A DNA stretch of 64,000 nt from contig CATNEN010000038.1 in NCBI GenBank assembly GCA_950097015.1, positions 10,788,001 to 10,852,000 of the forward strand, read 5' to 3'. The notes under the pieces are model-generated. The model was given only the letters and a program-made list of their open reading frames with translations. It was not told where the DNA came from and did no database searches. The stretch is from Macrostomum hystrix. Its lineage: Eukaryota > Animalia > Platyhelminthes. The position numbers and the translations under genes were made by a program. Of this stretch, positions 1 through 20,860 are shown piece by piece; positions within the stretch are counted from its first letter, which is position 1; the number at the start of each line of letters is the position of its first letter.

Positions 1-2
1 CG

Positions 3-503
3 GCTGTCGCCGCCTCCACAGCGCCAATAACAGGCGGCGGTCATCGCCGGCCGCACAGTCCGCTATCCAGCGTCGGCAGCTCCTACGGCGATGTGGCTAC
101 GCCAATTAGGCGAGGCGGAGGCGGCGCCGGCGCCGGACTGAAGCGGAGTCGAACTTCGTTCTTCTCCGGCTTAGAGCATCAGGCCCTGTCAGATTTCGAC
201 CATTCGGCTGGCGCCGGCTCAGGGGTTGTCGGAGCTTCGTCCGACTCGTTGGTCGCTGCCTTTTTAAACGATGTCGGCTTAGACGAAGCGGCCGCCACTG
301 TTGGCAGCTTCTCAACAGAGGATAATAAACGCTATTGCATCTGTCACGATGTGTCGCACGGCGAAATGATCGCCTGCGAGAACTCCGCCTGCCCGTTTGA
401 ATGGTTTCACTTCGCCTGCGTTGGCCTCACAGTGGCGCCTAAAGGATCCTGGTATTGTCCGAGGTGCAAGCCGGGTGTTGCTAAGCGACAGAGGCTGAAG
501 TAA
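3..503 (+). CDS. ING-family (ING3-like) PHD finger protein, 3' part (5'-truncated by the window)
   Basis: Frame is open from position 3 to TAA at 503. C-terminal [46 protein letters not shown] is the ING-type C4HC3 PHD; the RYCIC and APKG motifs resemble ING3. AATAAA at 546-551. Confidence 0.85.
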   Translation, partial: AVAASTAPITGGGHRRPHSPLSSVGSSYGDVATPIRRGGGGAGAGLKRSRTSFFSGLEHQALSDFDHSAGAGSGVVGASSDSLVAAFLNDVGLDEAAATVGSFSTEDNKRYCICHDVSHGEMIACENSACPFEWFHFACVGLTVAPKGSWYCPRCKPGVAKRQRLK

Positions 504-589
504 TCATACTCGTTTGGATGGACTCATTTTCTAAATCAGGCTTGTAATAAATCTTCATAAAAGTTAATGCTTTTATAGATTTCTAAATT

Positions 590-1195
590 TAGTACTCTCG
601 TTCGATTCCAGGGTCGATTCCTTAAATCAAGTACTCTCTTCTAATATCTTAATCAGTTTATAAAACCTAGTAGCCTCGTTCGATTCCTAGTTCGATTCCT
701 TTTATCTAGGATTCTCGTCTAATATGTTAATCGATTCGTAAAACCTAATAGCCTTGTTCGATTCCTTAAATCAAATAATCTTGTCCAATATCTTAATCAG
801 TTTATAAGACCTAGTAGCCTCGTTCGATTCCTGGGTCGATTCCTTAAATCAAATAATCTTGTCCAATATCTTAATCAGTTTATAAGACCAAATAGCCTCG
901 TTCGATTCCTGGGTCGATTCCTTAAATCAAATAATCTTGTCCAATATCTTAATCAGTTTATAAGACCTAGTAGCCTCGTTCGATTCCTGGGTCGATTCCT
1001 TAAATCAAATAATCTTGTCCAATATCTTAATCAGTTTATAAGACCTAGTAGCCTCGTTCGATTCCTGGGTCGATTCCTTAAATCAAATAATCTCGTCCAA
1101 TATCTTAATCAGTTTATAAGACCTAGTAGCCTCGTTCGATTCCTGGGTCGATTCCTTAAATCAAGTAGCTTTGTTCGATTCCTTAGACGATTTCT
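590..1195. repeat. ~78-bp tandem repeat carrying GTTCGATTCC motifs
   Basis: CCTAGTAGCCTCGTTCGATTCC recurs at 810, 966, 1044 and 1122 (period 78). Confidence 0.85.
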
Positions 1196-1917
1196 AATAT
1201 CTTGCAGTCTTGTCTGATTTGAAAAATTTCATTGCATAGCAAGTAATTGCTTGGCGGTATTAATATGTTAGTTCGATTGTATATATATATTTATTTCTAA
1301 TGATGCAAATACTAAAAATAAATTGTGTCTGTTCTGTGTAAGTAAATTAACAAAAGCCTATTCAGTTGATTTTTTTGTTTGAAAAGTATGTTATTTATTG
1401 TTTATTCATTTGATTGATATACTTTAGTTACCGATATGTATTTTAGAAGGTAGATTAGAGGTATTTCAAAATACTTTACGATATCTCCCTAACCGAATGA
1501 CCAGTTTTTGTGAAAGTCCACCATATGGATCAAAAGTTTCCACTTTTTACGATGAACTGACTTTCGAAGCCGTACGAGTCAGCGTCGTCTAGATATCTAA
1601 CCAATCGTCATGAATTCTAGAACACAGGCAAACATTTGTTGAATATTTTGGGTGATACAGACACAAGAATTTGAAATACCCACATGGTCTATCTTCTGTT
1701 AATAGAAATCTAATATTAATTTCACCTAACCCAGTTGTGATCACATGTACAGATACAAATTCGAACTCCCGACCTTCAGATCGAATTTCCGCCGGGGCAC
1801 AATCTCACTAATATGGTTAAAACTTAAATATAACTGGACAGAACTTACAAGGCATTTCTGTTAAATGGAATTCCTGCTGTTCTAAAATAAGAATTAACTT
1901 CTTTTTAACTATTTCAG

Positions 1918-11690
<9,773 letters not shown>

Positions 11691-11919
11691 CGATTGACCG
11701 AGTTTTATTCTTGTCAGAGACTTAACTTCATTGTTCTATTATTATAGCTTCCATTGTTGGATTGTAACCTTCTCTCGGCTTTTTAAGGCCTTTTATTTCT
11801 TTTTTAATATTCAATTGCGTAATATCCTCATGCGTCCACTGTGTAAGCGCCACCAGGTGATTCTCATAGATTCTAAAAACCCCTCGATTTAGGAATTCTG
11901 AGAATCCTTCTTTTTCTCT

Positions 11920-12705
11920 ATCATATATTCTGAGAACCCACCATTCTCATAGATTCTGAGAACCCACCATTCTCATAGATTCTGAGAACCCACCATTCTC
12001 ATGAATTCTGAGAATCCATCATTCTCATGGATTCTGAGAACCCATCATTCTCCTGGATTCTGAGAACCCATCATTCTCCTGGATTCTGAGAACCCATCAT
12101 TCTCATGGATTCTGAGAACCCATCATTCTCATGGATTCTGAGAACCCATCATTCTCCTAGATTCTGAGAACCCATCATTCTCATGGATTCTGAGAACCCA
12201 TCATTATCCTAGATTCTGAGAACCCATCATTCTCATGGATTCTGAGAACCCATCATTCTCCTAGATTCTGAGAACCCATCATTCTCATGGATTCTGAGAA
12301 CCCATCATTCTCATGGATTCTGAGAACCCATCATTCTCATGGATTCTGAGAACCCATCATTCTCCTAGATTCTGAGAACCTATCATTCTCATGGATTCTG
12401 AGAACCCATCATTCTCATGGATTCTGAGAAGCCATCATTCTCCTGGATTCTGAGAACCCACCATTCTCATGGATTCTGAGAACCCACCATTCTCCTGGAT
12501 TCTGAGAACCCACCATTCTCATGGATTCTGAGAACCCGTCATTCTCATGGATTCTGAGAACCCGCCATTCTCATGGATTCTGAGAACCCGTCATTCTCAT
12601 GGATTCTGAGAACCCGCCATTCTCATGGATTCTGAGAACCCGGCATTCTCATGGATTCTGAGAACCCGTCATTCTCATGGATTCTGAGAACCCATCATTC
12701 TCATA
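11920..12705. repeat. 26-bp minisatellite ATTCTCATGGATTCTGAGAACCCATC
   Basis: Tandem copies 3' of the Ack stop; the unit has an internal TTCTCA..TGAGAA inverted repeat. Confidence 0.95.
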
Positions 12706-13214
12706 GTGTGTGCTTTTCTGTTCTATCGTACATCAATTGTCTGAATTCTTAGAAATAATTTTATCAAATCGCGTGTTACCTTTCCTGTCTCTTTGCCAAT
12801 CTGTGTAAAATTTCTATCACAGAGCTGTCAAGTCATTAACAATTATGCTTTAGTAAGCAAACAGTTTTATATAACTTTTTTCAATTTACCTTACAATTAT
12901 TCGTATTACGTAATTATCTCTGGTTTTGTGTACAGCTCTAAAGTTATAGCTTTTATATCGAAAAAATCTCACTTGTGCCGCAGAAGTAACAATTTATGAT
13001 AACACCTGGTGGATAAAATGCACATTTGATTATCTGATTAGAAATATATTTGCCTTGTTATGCAGTTCTTGCATTCGCTAAAAGCCGTCAGTGCGTTGCG
13101 CTTTCCTGAGTATCTGTCGGCTTTCCTAATTTTTTTGTATTTCTTATGTGTGATCGATCTAAATTAGGCATATACTAAGGAATAGATACAGCTTATTAAC
13201 CTGAAATTTCAGTT

Positions 13215-14614
13215 ATAGTATGAACCTGAATCTTCAGGTGTAGAATAGATTTGAATGTTCAGGTGTAGAATGAATCTGAATGTTCAGTTGTAGAATGAAG
13301 CTGAATGTTCAGGTGTAGAATGAATCTGAATGTTCACTTGTAGAATGAAGCTGAATGTTCAGGTGTTGAATGAATCTGAATGTTCAGTTGTAGAATGAAT
13401 CTGAATGTTCAGGTGTAGAATGAAGATGAATGTTCAGTTGTAGAATGAATCTGAATGTTCAGGTGTAGAATGAAGCTGAATGTTCAGTTGTAGAATGAAG
13501 CTGAATGTTCAGTTGTAGAATGAATCTGAATGTTCAGGTGTAGAATGAAGCTGAATGTTCAGGTGTTGAATGAATCTGAATGTTCAGGTGTAGAATGAAT
13601 CTGAATGTTCAGTTGTAGAATGAAGCTGAATGTTCAGGTGTAGAATGAAGCTGAATGTTCAGTTGTAGAATGAATCTGAATGTTCAGTTGTAGAATGAAG
13701 CTGAATGTTCAGTTGTAGAATAAATCTGAATGTTCAGTTGTAGAATGAAGCTGAATGTTCAGGTGTAGAATGAATCTGAATGTTCAGTTGTAGAATGAAG
13801 CTGAATGTTCAGGTGTTGAATGAATCTGAATGTTCAGGTGTAGAATGAATCTGAATGTTCAGTGTGTAGAATGAAGCTGAATGTTCAGGTGTAGAATGAA
13901 TCTGAATGTTCAGGTGTAGAATGAATCTGAATGTTCAGGTGTAGAATGAAGCTGAATGTTCAGTTGTAGAATAAATCTGAATGTTCAGGTGTAGAATGAA
14001 TCTAAATGTTCAGTTGTAAAATGAAGCTGAATGTTCAGGTGTAGAATGAATCTGAATGTTCAGTTGTAGAATGAATCTGAATGTTTAGGTGTAGAATGAA
14101 TCTGAATGTTCAGTTGTAGAATGAATCTGAATGTTCAGTTGTAGAATGAATCTGAATGTTCAGGTGTAGAATGAAGCTGAATGTTCAGGTGTAGAATGAA
14201 TCTGAATGTTCAGGTGTAGAATGAATCTGAATGTTCAGTTGTAGAATGAAGCTGAATGTTCAGTTGTAGAATGAATCTGAATGTTCAGTTGTAGAATGAA
14301 GCTGAATCTTCAGGTGTAGAATGAATCTGAATGTTCAGTTGTAGAATGAAGCTGAATCTTCAGGTGTAGAATAGATTTGAATGTTCAGGTGTAGAATGAA
14401 GCTGAATGTTCAGGTGTAGAATGAAGCTGAATGTTCAGGTGTAGAATGAATCTGAATGTTCAGGTGTAGAATGAAGCTGAATGTTCAGGTGTAGAATGAA
14501 TCTGAATGTTCAGTTGTAGAATGAAGCTGAATGTTCAGGTGTAGAATGAATCTGAATGTTCAGTTGTAGAATGAAGCTGAATGTTCAGGTGTAGAATGAA
14601 GCTGAATGTTCAGT
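13215..14614. repeat. 25-bp minisatellite TGTAGAATGAATCTGAATGTTCAGG
   Basis: Tandem copies upstream of NTMT1; internal CTGAA-TG-TTCAG inverted repeat. Confidence 0.95.
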
Positions 14615-14706
14615 TTTGAAACTCAAGCTAATCGAATGTGCTGTAAATGAAAATCGAATCGACAACTTTCAGTCTGGTTAAATCGAAGTGAAAATTAGAA
14701 GTACAA

Positions 14707-16098
14707 ATGGCAGCGATCAGCACAGCGCAAATAATGAACTCCGGCGACGAAGTTTCAAAGTCGGAGCCGGCCTTAGACGCGTGTGAGGCTAAGACTGACA
14801 CGGCGGTCTCGGAGTTCTACACGGACGCCCAGCGCTACTGGTCGGGCATTGAAGCCACCGAGGCTGGCATGATGGGCGGCAATGACAGCTTGGACGAAAT
14901 TGAAATTTATGCGTCTCGTTTGTTTCTAACAAAGGCTGGCGAGTTGGCCGGACTGCGGCAGCGGTATCGGGCACTCGACTGTGGCTCCGGCATCGGCCGG
15001 GTGACCAAGAAGCTCCTGTTGCCGATGTTCGCCAGCGTGGACATGGCCGAGGTGACGCAGCACTTTCTGGCCAAAGCTAAGGACTACATCGGAGAGCCCG
15101 ATTTCTCCAGGGTTGGGCGACAGTTCTGCTGCGGTCTTCAGGTTGCTGGGATCTGCTAGGGTCTAGATTCATGCTCAAGTATATAATAGAATCTCGAATA
15201 TTTCAAATGGAATGATGTCTTGATTTATTCGTAATATTTTAGAATCTAAATTTATCCCTAATTCTATTAGAATCTAGATTTATCCCTAAATATTTTGGGA
15301 TCTAAATTTATCCCTAATTCTATTAGGATCTTGATTTATCCCTAAATCGACCAGGATCTAAATTGATCCCAAATCGATCAGGATCTAGAATTATCCCAAA
15401 TCGACCAGGATCTAGATTTATCCCAAATCGACCAGGATCTAGATTGATCCCAAATCGACCAGGATCTAGATTTATCCCTAAATCGACCAGGATCTAGATT
15501 TATCCCTAATCGACCAGGATCTAGATTGATCCCAAATCGACCAGGATCTAGATTTATCCCAAATCGACCAGGATCTAGATTGATCCCAAATCGACCAGGA
15601 TCTAGATTTATCCCAAATCGACCAGGATCTAGATTGATCCCAAATCGACCAGGATCTAGATTGATCCCAAATCGACCAGGATCTAGATTTATCCCAAATC
15701 GACCAGGATCTAATTTTAATCAATCCCAATCTGCACGCTGCCTAATCGCTCAGGATCTAAAGTTTCCAAGTGAAATTCGCTACGATCTAGTCTGGCTGCA
15801 ATGGGTGATTGGCCACCTGCGCGACGATCACCTGGTTGAATTTCTTCAAAGAGCAGCCGCCTCGCTGACGCCCAACGGGCTGATCGGGATCAAGGACAAT
15901 GTCATCACCGGCCGGTCCGACTCCGAGTACGACTTCGATGAGCAGGACAGCAGCTTTTGCCGTCCGCGCAGCTCGCTGCTGAAACTGTTCAACCAGGCTG
16001 GCCTGACTGTCCTGCTGGAGGAGACTCAACAGGGCTTCCCGGATGCTCTTTATCCGGTGCTGTCGTTTGCCCTGGTGCCCCGCAAACGCTGCGTTTGA
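14707..16098 (+). CDS. NTMT1: Alpha-N-terminal protein methyltransferase 1 (NTMT1/NRMT/METTL11A-like), 259 aa, 2 exons
   Basis: Exons 14707-15141 and 15754-16098 (phase 0). Motifs FY..A..YW..I, GMMGG, ALDCGSGIGRVTK, CCGLQ|D, YDLVWLQWVIGHL, IKDN, DEQDSS, LYPV..FAL. Confidence 0.93.
15240..15712. repeat. 27-bp intronic minisatellite CCCAAATCGACCAGGATCTAGATTTAT
   Basis: Tandem copies in the NTMT1 intron, with a degenerate AT-richer 5' edge. Confidence 0.93.
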
Positions 16099-16114
16099 GC
16101 CTGTCCTCCGCGCA

Positions 16115-16410
16115 TGTGTCTGAGTCTTCTACCCCATCTACCCCCGTGCCTAGATCTTCTACCCCCGTGTCTGGGTCTTATATCCCCATGTCTAGATCTT
16201 CTGCCCCCATGTCTAGACCTTCTACCCCTATGTCTAAATATTCTACCCCGTGTCTGGATCTTCTACCCCCGTTTCAAGATCTACTACCCTCCGTGTCTAG
16301 ATCTTCTACTACCGTGTCTGGGTCTTCTACCCTCCGTGTCTAGATCTTCTACTACCGTGTCTGGGTCTTCTACCCTCCGTGTCTAGATCTTTTACCCCCG
16401 TGTCAAGATC
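16115..16410. repeat. Degenerate ~21-bp repeat GTGTCTAGATCTTCTACCCC in the NTMT1 3'UTR
   Basis: Imperfect tandem copies right after the stop codon. Confidence 0.8.
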
Positions 16411-16949
16411 ATAAACCTGTGTGTCTACGCCTTTTAAATTCTAACTATTTAGTATGATATTTACGTAAATCGAAAGTTCTCAGAATATTTTGGTTCTGAA
16501 AAGTCGTTGTAAAGTATCAGCATAAATGGAACATCAATTTGATTGCTAGTAACAATAAACAGCTCGGTAGACAATACTAAGTTCTTGTTGTTAGAATAAT
16601 GCTATTTTTAAACCAGCTAAAACGATTTGCATTTTGTTTGGGTTATAGTATCATCAGTGATTTATTCTTCTTTAATACCTGTTCATCATGTAGAAACAGG
16701 ACTGGCCTAAATACTAATGTTTGCTAAATCTGTGCTAATAGCTCAAATAAACATATTTCAGTACACGCACCAGTGTAAAAAAACCTTGCCAAACGGGCCA
16801 GTATCGCTTTTAATTTGCTAATGGCTTCTACAACTGTTCAATATAACTTTATTTTAGTCTCTGTCTTTTTCTTCATTTTCATTTAACGTGTTTCGTTAAA
16901 AACAAAACTTTATTTAGGATATTGGATGGAAAGCATTTTGGTTCTTTCG

Positions 16950-17612
16950 GATTGGTTGAGAAATATTCTAGAAGCTCCTGATTGGTCGGAATAGATTCTG
17001 ATTATTTCTTATTGTTTGGGATACATTCTGACTGTTTCTAATTAGTTGGGAAACATACAAATTTTTCTTATTGGTTGGGAAACATTCTAGTTGTTTCTTA
17101 TTGGTTAAAAAAACATTCTAGTTGTTTTTTTATTGGTTGGGAAACATTCTAGTTGTTTCTAATTGGTTGGGAATATTCTAATTTTTTCTTATTGGTTGGG
17201 AAACATGCTAGTTGTTTTTTTATTGGTTGGGAAACATTCTAGTTGTTTCTTTTTGGTTAAAAAGCATTCTAGTTGTTTCTTATTGGTTAAAAAAACATTC
17301 TAGTTGTTTCTTATTGGTTAAAAAACATTCTTGTTGTTTTTTTATTGGTTGGGAAACATTCTAGTTGTTTCTTATTGGTTGGGAAATATTGGTAGCTACC
17401 AATTGGTTAGAAAGCATTTTGGTTGTTTCCGATTGGTTGTGAATCATTTGGTAGTTTCCGATTGGTTGTGAATCATTTGGTAGTTTCCGATTGGTTGTGA
17501 ATCATTTGGTAGTTTCCGATTGGTTGTGAATCATTTGGTAGTTTCCGATTGGTTGTGAATCATTTGGTAGTTTCCGATTGGTTGAGAAACATTTGGTGGT
17601 TTCCGATTGGAT
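16950..17612. repeat. ATTGG-containing ~29-31-bp minisatellites
   Basis: TTATTGGTTGGGAAACATTCTAGTTGTTTC units grade into GATTGGTTGTGAATCATTTGGTAGTTTCC units. Confidence 0.88.
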
Positions 17613-17653
17613 TGGAAGCATTCCCATTTAGTGCTTTTGATTTCAACCTGCAG

Positions 17654-18999
17654 GCAACCGATTCTGGCAAATCATCGGGCGGCGAGCTTCGCGTGACTTT
17701 TCTAAACAGCGAAGAAGGTCGACGCCGCCTCGCTGAGGCGTCGCCATTGCGAGCAGCCACCGTAGACGGATTTCGTAAGAAACTGCGCGACATGAGCTGC
17801 GGCATGGCATCCGTGTCCCTGGTAATGCGTTCCTACACTGGCGATCAGGAAGCCTTTGCTGAGGACTGCATTTATGATAGGTTTGGCTAACAAAACTGAC
17901 TGAAATGATTGGCTAACTGGAAACAGACGAGCTGATTGGCTAGCTGGAAACAGACTGGAAATGATTGGCTAACTGGAAACAGACGAGCTGATTGGCTAAC
18001 TGGAAACAGACTGGAAATGATTGGCTAACTGGAAACAGACGAGCTGATTGGCTAGCTGGAAATGATTGGCTAACTGGAAACAGACTAGAGCTGATTGGCT
18101 AGCTGGAAATGATTGGCTAACTGGAAACAGACTAGAGCTGATTGGTTAGCTGGAAATGATTGGCTAACTGGAAACAGACTAGAGCTGATTGGTTAGCTGG
18201 AAATGATTGGCTAACTGGAAACAGACTGAAGCTGATTGGTTAGCTGGAAATGATTGGCTAACTGGAAACAGACTGAAGCTGATTGGTTAGCTGGAAATGA
18301 TTGGCTAACTGGAAACAGACTGAAGCTGATTGGTTAGCTGGAAATGATTGGCTAACTGGAAACAGACTGAAGCTGATTGGTTAGCTGGAAATGATTGGCT
18401 AACTGGAAACAGACTAGAGCTGATTGGCTAGCTGGAAATGATTGGCTAACTGGAAACAGACTAGAGCTGATTGGTTAGCTGGAAATGATTGGCTAACTGG
18501 AAACAGACTAGAGCTGATTGGCTAGCTGGAAATGATTGGCTAACTGGAAACAGACTGAAGCTGATTGGCTTACTGGACGTCATTCCGCACGCGCTGTTGC
18601 AGAGTCGCCGACATCAAACCACTCGGCGATTTGGATCGGCGCGGCATGATAGCCGAGGAGGTGGCCGACTGTCTCCTTCGACTTGGCGCCGTCGCGTCGA
18701 CGGTGCGTCGGCCCGAAAGTGCTGACGAGCTGCGGCAGCTGGCGCTGTCTGCTCTAGCTGGCGAGTCCTCCGCAGCCGTGGCAAATTTCCACCTGCCCAG
18801 TTTGGGATTTGCCGCACCCTTCGGTCACTTGTCACCGTTGGCGGCCTATCATGCTGGCACTGACAGTCTCCTGGTTATGGACAATGATCCCCTGCCCAAT
18901 GATCCTTTTTGGGTGTCCGTGCCCATCCTGTTCGATGCTATGCAACCGGTGGACTCGGAAACCGGACTTCCAAGGGGTCTGGTGCTGGCCGAGTTTTAA
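17654..18999 (+). CDS. Phytochelatin-synthase-like (papain-fold) protein, catalytic domain only, ~207 aa, 2 exons
   Basis: Exons 17654-17880 and 18603-18999 (phase 2). PCS motifs FLNSEEG, SCGMAS (Cys 17798), RRGM, NFH, GHLSPLAAYH (His 18826), LLVMD (Asp 18880, 18 residues after the His), FWV, LFDAM..VD..TG.PRG. No in-frame ATG before the domain start. AATAAA at ~19568. Confidence 0.8.
17905..18570. repeat. 47-bp (29+18) intronic minisatellite GATTGGCTAACTGGAAACAGACTAGAGCT-GATTGGTTAGCTGGAAAT
   Basis: Tandem copies fill the PCS-like intron. Confidence 0.95.
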
Positions 19000-19007
19000 A
19001 ACTCTAG

Positions 19008-19558
19008 CAGGAAACCCAAGCTGGGGAGATTGGAAACCCAAGCTGGGCAAATTGGAAACCCAAGCTGGGCAAATTGGAAACCCAAGCTGGGCAGATTGGA
19101 AACCCAAGCTGGGCAAATCGGAAACCCAAGCTGGGGAGATTGGAAACCCAAGCTGGGCAGATTGGAAACCCAAGCTGGGCAGATTGGAAACCCAAGCTGG
19201 GCAGATTGGAAACCCAAGCTGGGCAAATTGGAAACCCAAGCTGGGCAAATTGGAAACCCAAGCTGGGCAGATTGGAAACCCAAGCTGCGCAGATTGGAAA
19301 CCCAAGCTGGGCAAATTGGAAACCCAAGCTGGGCAAATTGGAAACCCAAGTTGGGCAGATTGGAAACCCAAGCTGGGCAGATTAGAAACCCAAGCTGGGC
19401 AAATTGGAAACCCAAGCTGGGCAGATTGGAAACCCAAGCTGGGCAGATTGGAAACCCAAGCTGGGCAAATCGGAAACCCAAGCTGGGGAGATTGGAAACC
19501 CAAGCTGGGCAGATTGGAAACCCAAGCTGGGGAGATTGGAACCCAAGCTGGAACCCAA
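19008..19558. repeat. 22-bp 3'UTR minisatellite GGAAACCCAAGCTGGGCAGATT
   Basis: Tandem copies between the stop (18999) and AATAAA (~19568). Confidence 0.95.
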
Positions 19559-19767
19559 CTATGTAATAATAAATAAATGTAGAATGGTGTCAAGTGTAAA
19601 TCAAGCGAGAATCGTTATTAAATAAAATACGCAAAATGTTGATGTTTGAAGCTATTTTTTCGTTAAATCCTACTACATACTGTGAGTAGTAAAGTAAAAC
19701 CTGATTTAAAAGTAATTTCGTTAACCTGAATAACTTTAATCTAGTTTTAATGTCACGTCCGTACGGG

Positions 19768-19845
19768 CCAATCCTTAGGGCACAGTCAGAGTGTACACTG
19801 TGTGTGTGTGATGTCGAAAGTCAGCGGAATGGGCAGAGTTGCCTC
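19768..19845 (+). mobile_element. SINE family A fragment
   Basis: GGCACAGTCAGAGTGTACACTG...GTCAGCGGAATGGGCAGAGTTGCCTC matches the family A body. Confidence 0.55.
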
Positions 19846-20155
19846 TCACCGGCAACGGGTCTGATGTAATCGTGTCGAAAGCACCCCAACTAACATTTTT
19901 CGCCTAAATTATGTTTGCCCCGATGCTGAGAAGAACTCGCGACCTTGTGGTTTAAAAACGAAATGTTACTATATTATAAACATGGTCTGATTTGACTGAC
20001 AATCTGCGCTGGCCTGTGCCCTCACTAGGCAGTTAATCCGTAAGTCGCTTAATCTGGGTGCACTCAGCATCGGCCGCCGCCTCTGCTGCTGCTTGTGTCA
20101 TTCAAATCTAGTGCGTGTTTTTCTTTTGCTCTTCTCGGCACTTTCATCGTCATCT

Positions 20156-20515
20156 GGGGGGTCGGTGGCAGAGCGGCTAACGCGTTTGCCTCTCGCACCA
20201 GGGTCCTTATGTTCGATTCCACGGCGAGGCCACATTTATTTGGGGCGCAGCCGCGGAGAGAAGGCTTGGTGGATTGTCGTGCAATTTACGCCCTTGAGGG
20301 CCAACCTCCAAGGCACAGTGAGAGTGTACACTGCCTGACGATCAGAAAACCAGGGCAGATGTACACACCTGTGTAAGTGTGTGCCTGCGTCCGGTATCTG
20401 TGTGCGTGTGTGCTCAGGAGTCAGCGAAATGGGCAGAATTGCCTCCTCGCTGGCTGCAGGTCTAGTGTCACTAAATGATGTGCGACTGCCCGCAGCCCTC
20501 CTGCAATAATAATAA
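20156..20515 (+). mobile_element. tRNA-derived SINE family A, near full length
   Basis: A-box TGGCAGAGCGG, B-box GTTCGATTCC, body shared with four other copies in the window, (AAT)n tail. Confidence 0.82.
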
Positions 20516-20684
20516 TTTTTTTATTTATTATTCGTCATCTTAATGAATTCACCGTGTTTATGTGTTTATCAGCAATCCCTGATCTATTCCCTATTCCAGT
20601 CTGCTTCTAGACTATAGAACATGTACAGTTTTGCGTGTGTTGCTTTTAGCTATTTTCATTGCTTAAACTTATAATCATATTTGT

Positions 20685-20860
20685 AGGAGGGCTGTGCCAC
20701 TTTCACATTATTCAGTGGCATTTGACCCGCTGCCATTCTGCTTATTCTGCTTATTTCGCTGACTCCTGAGCATACACTTACACAATGATGTGTATATGCA
20801 GGTGTGTACATCTACCCTGACTGTCTCATCATCAGGCAGTTTACACTCTCACTGTCGTTG
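20685..20860 (-). mobile_element. SINE family A 3' part, inverted relative to the 20156 copy
   Basis: TTTCGCTGACTCCTGAGCA...GTGTGTACATCT...TCAGGCAG is the reverse complement of the family A body. Confidence 0.7.

Noticed and set aside
1548-1590. Hairpin ACGATG-AA-CTGACT...AGTCAG-CGTCGT as a SECIS or ncRNA
   Set aside because: It lacks the 3' GA of the SECIS core, there is no upstream UGA-recoded gene, and it has no other support.
20328-20445. Hammerhead ribozyme in SINE A (CTGACGA ... GAAA)
   Set aside because: No stem II or stem III with a UH site could be built. In other copies CTGAC pairs with GTCAG in a simple hairpin.
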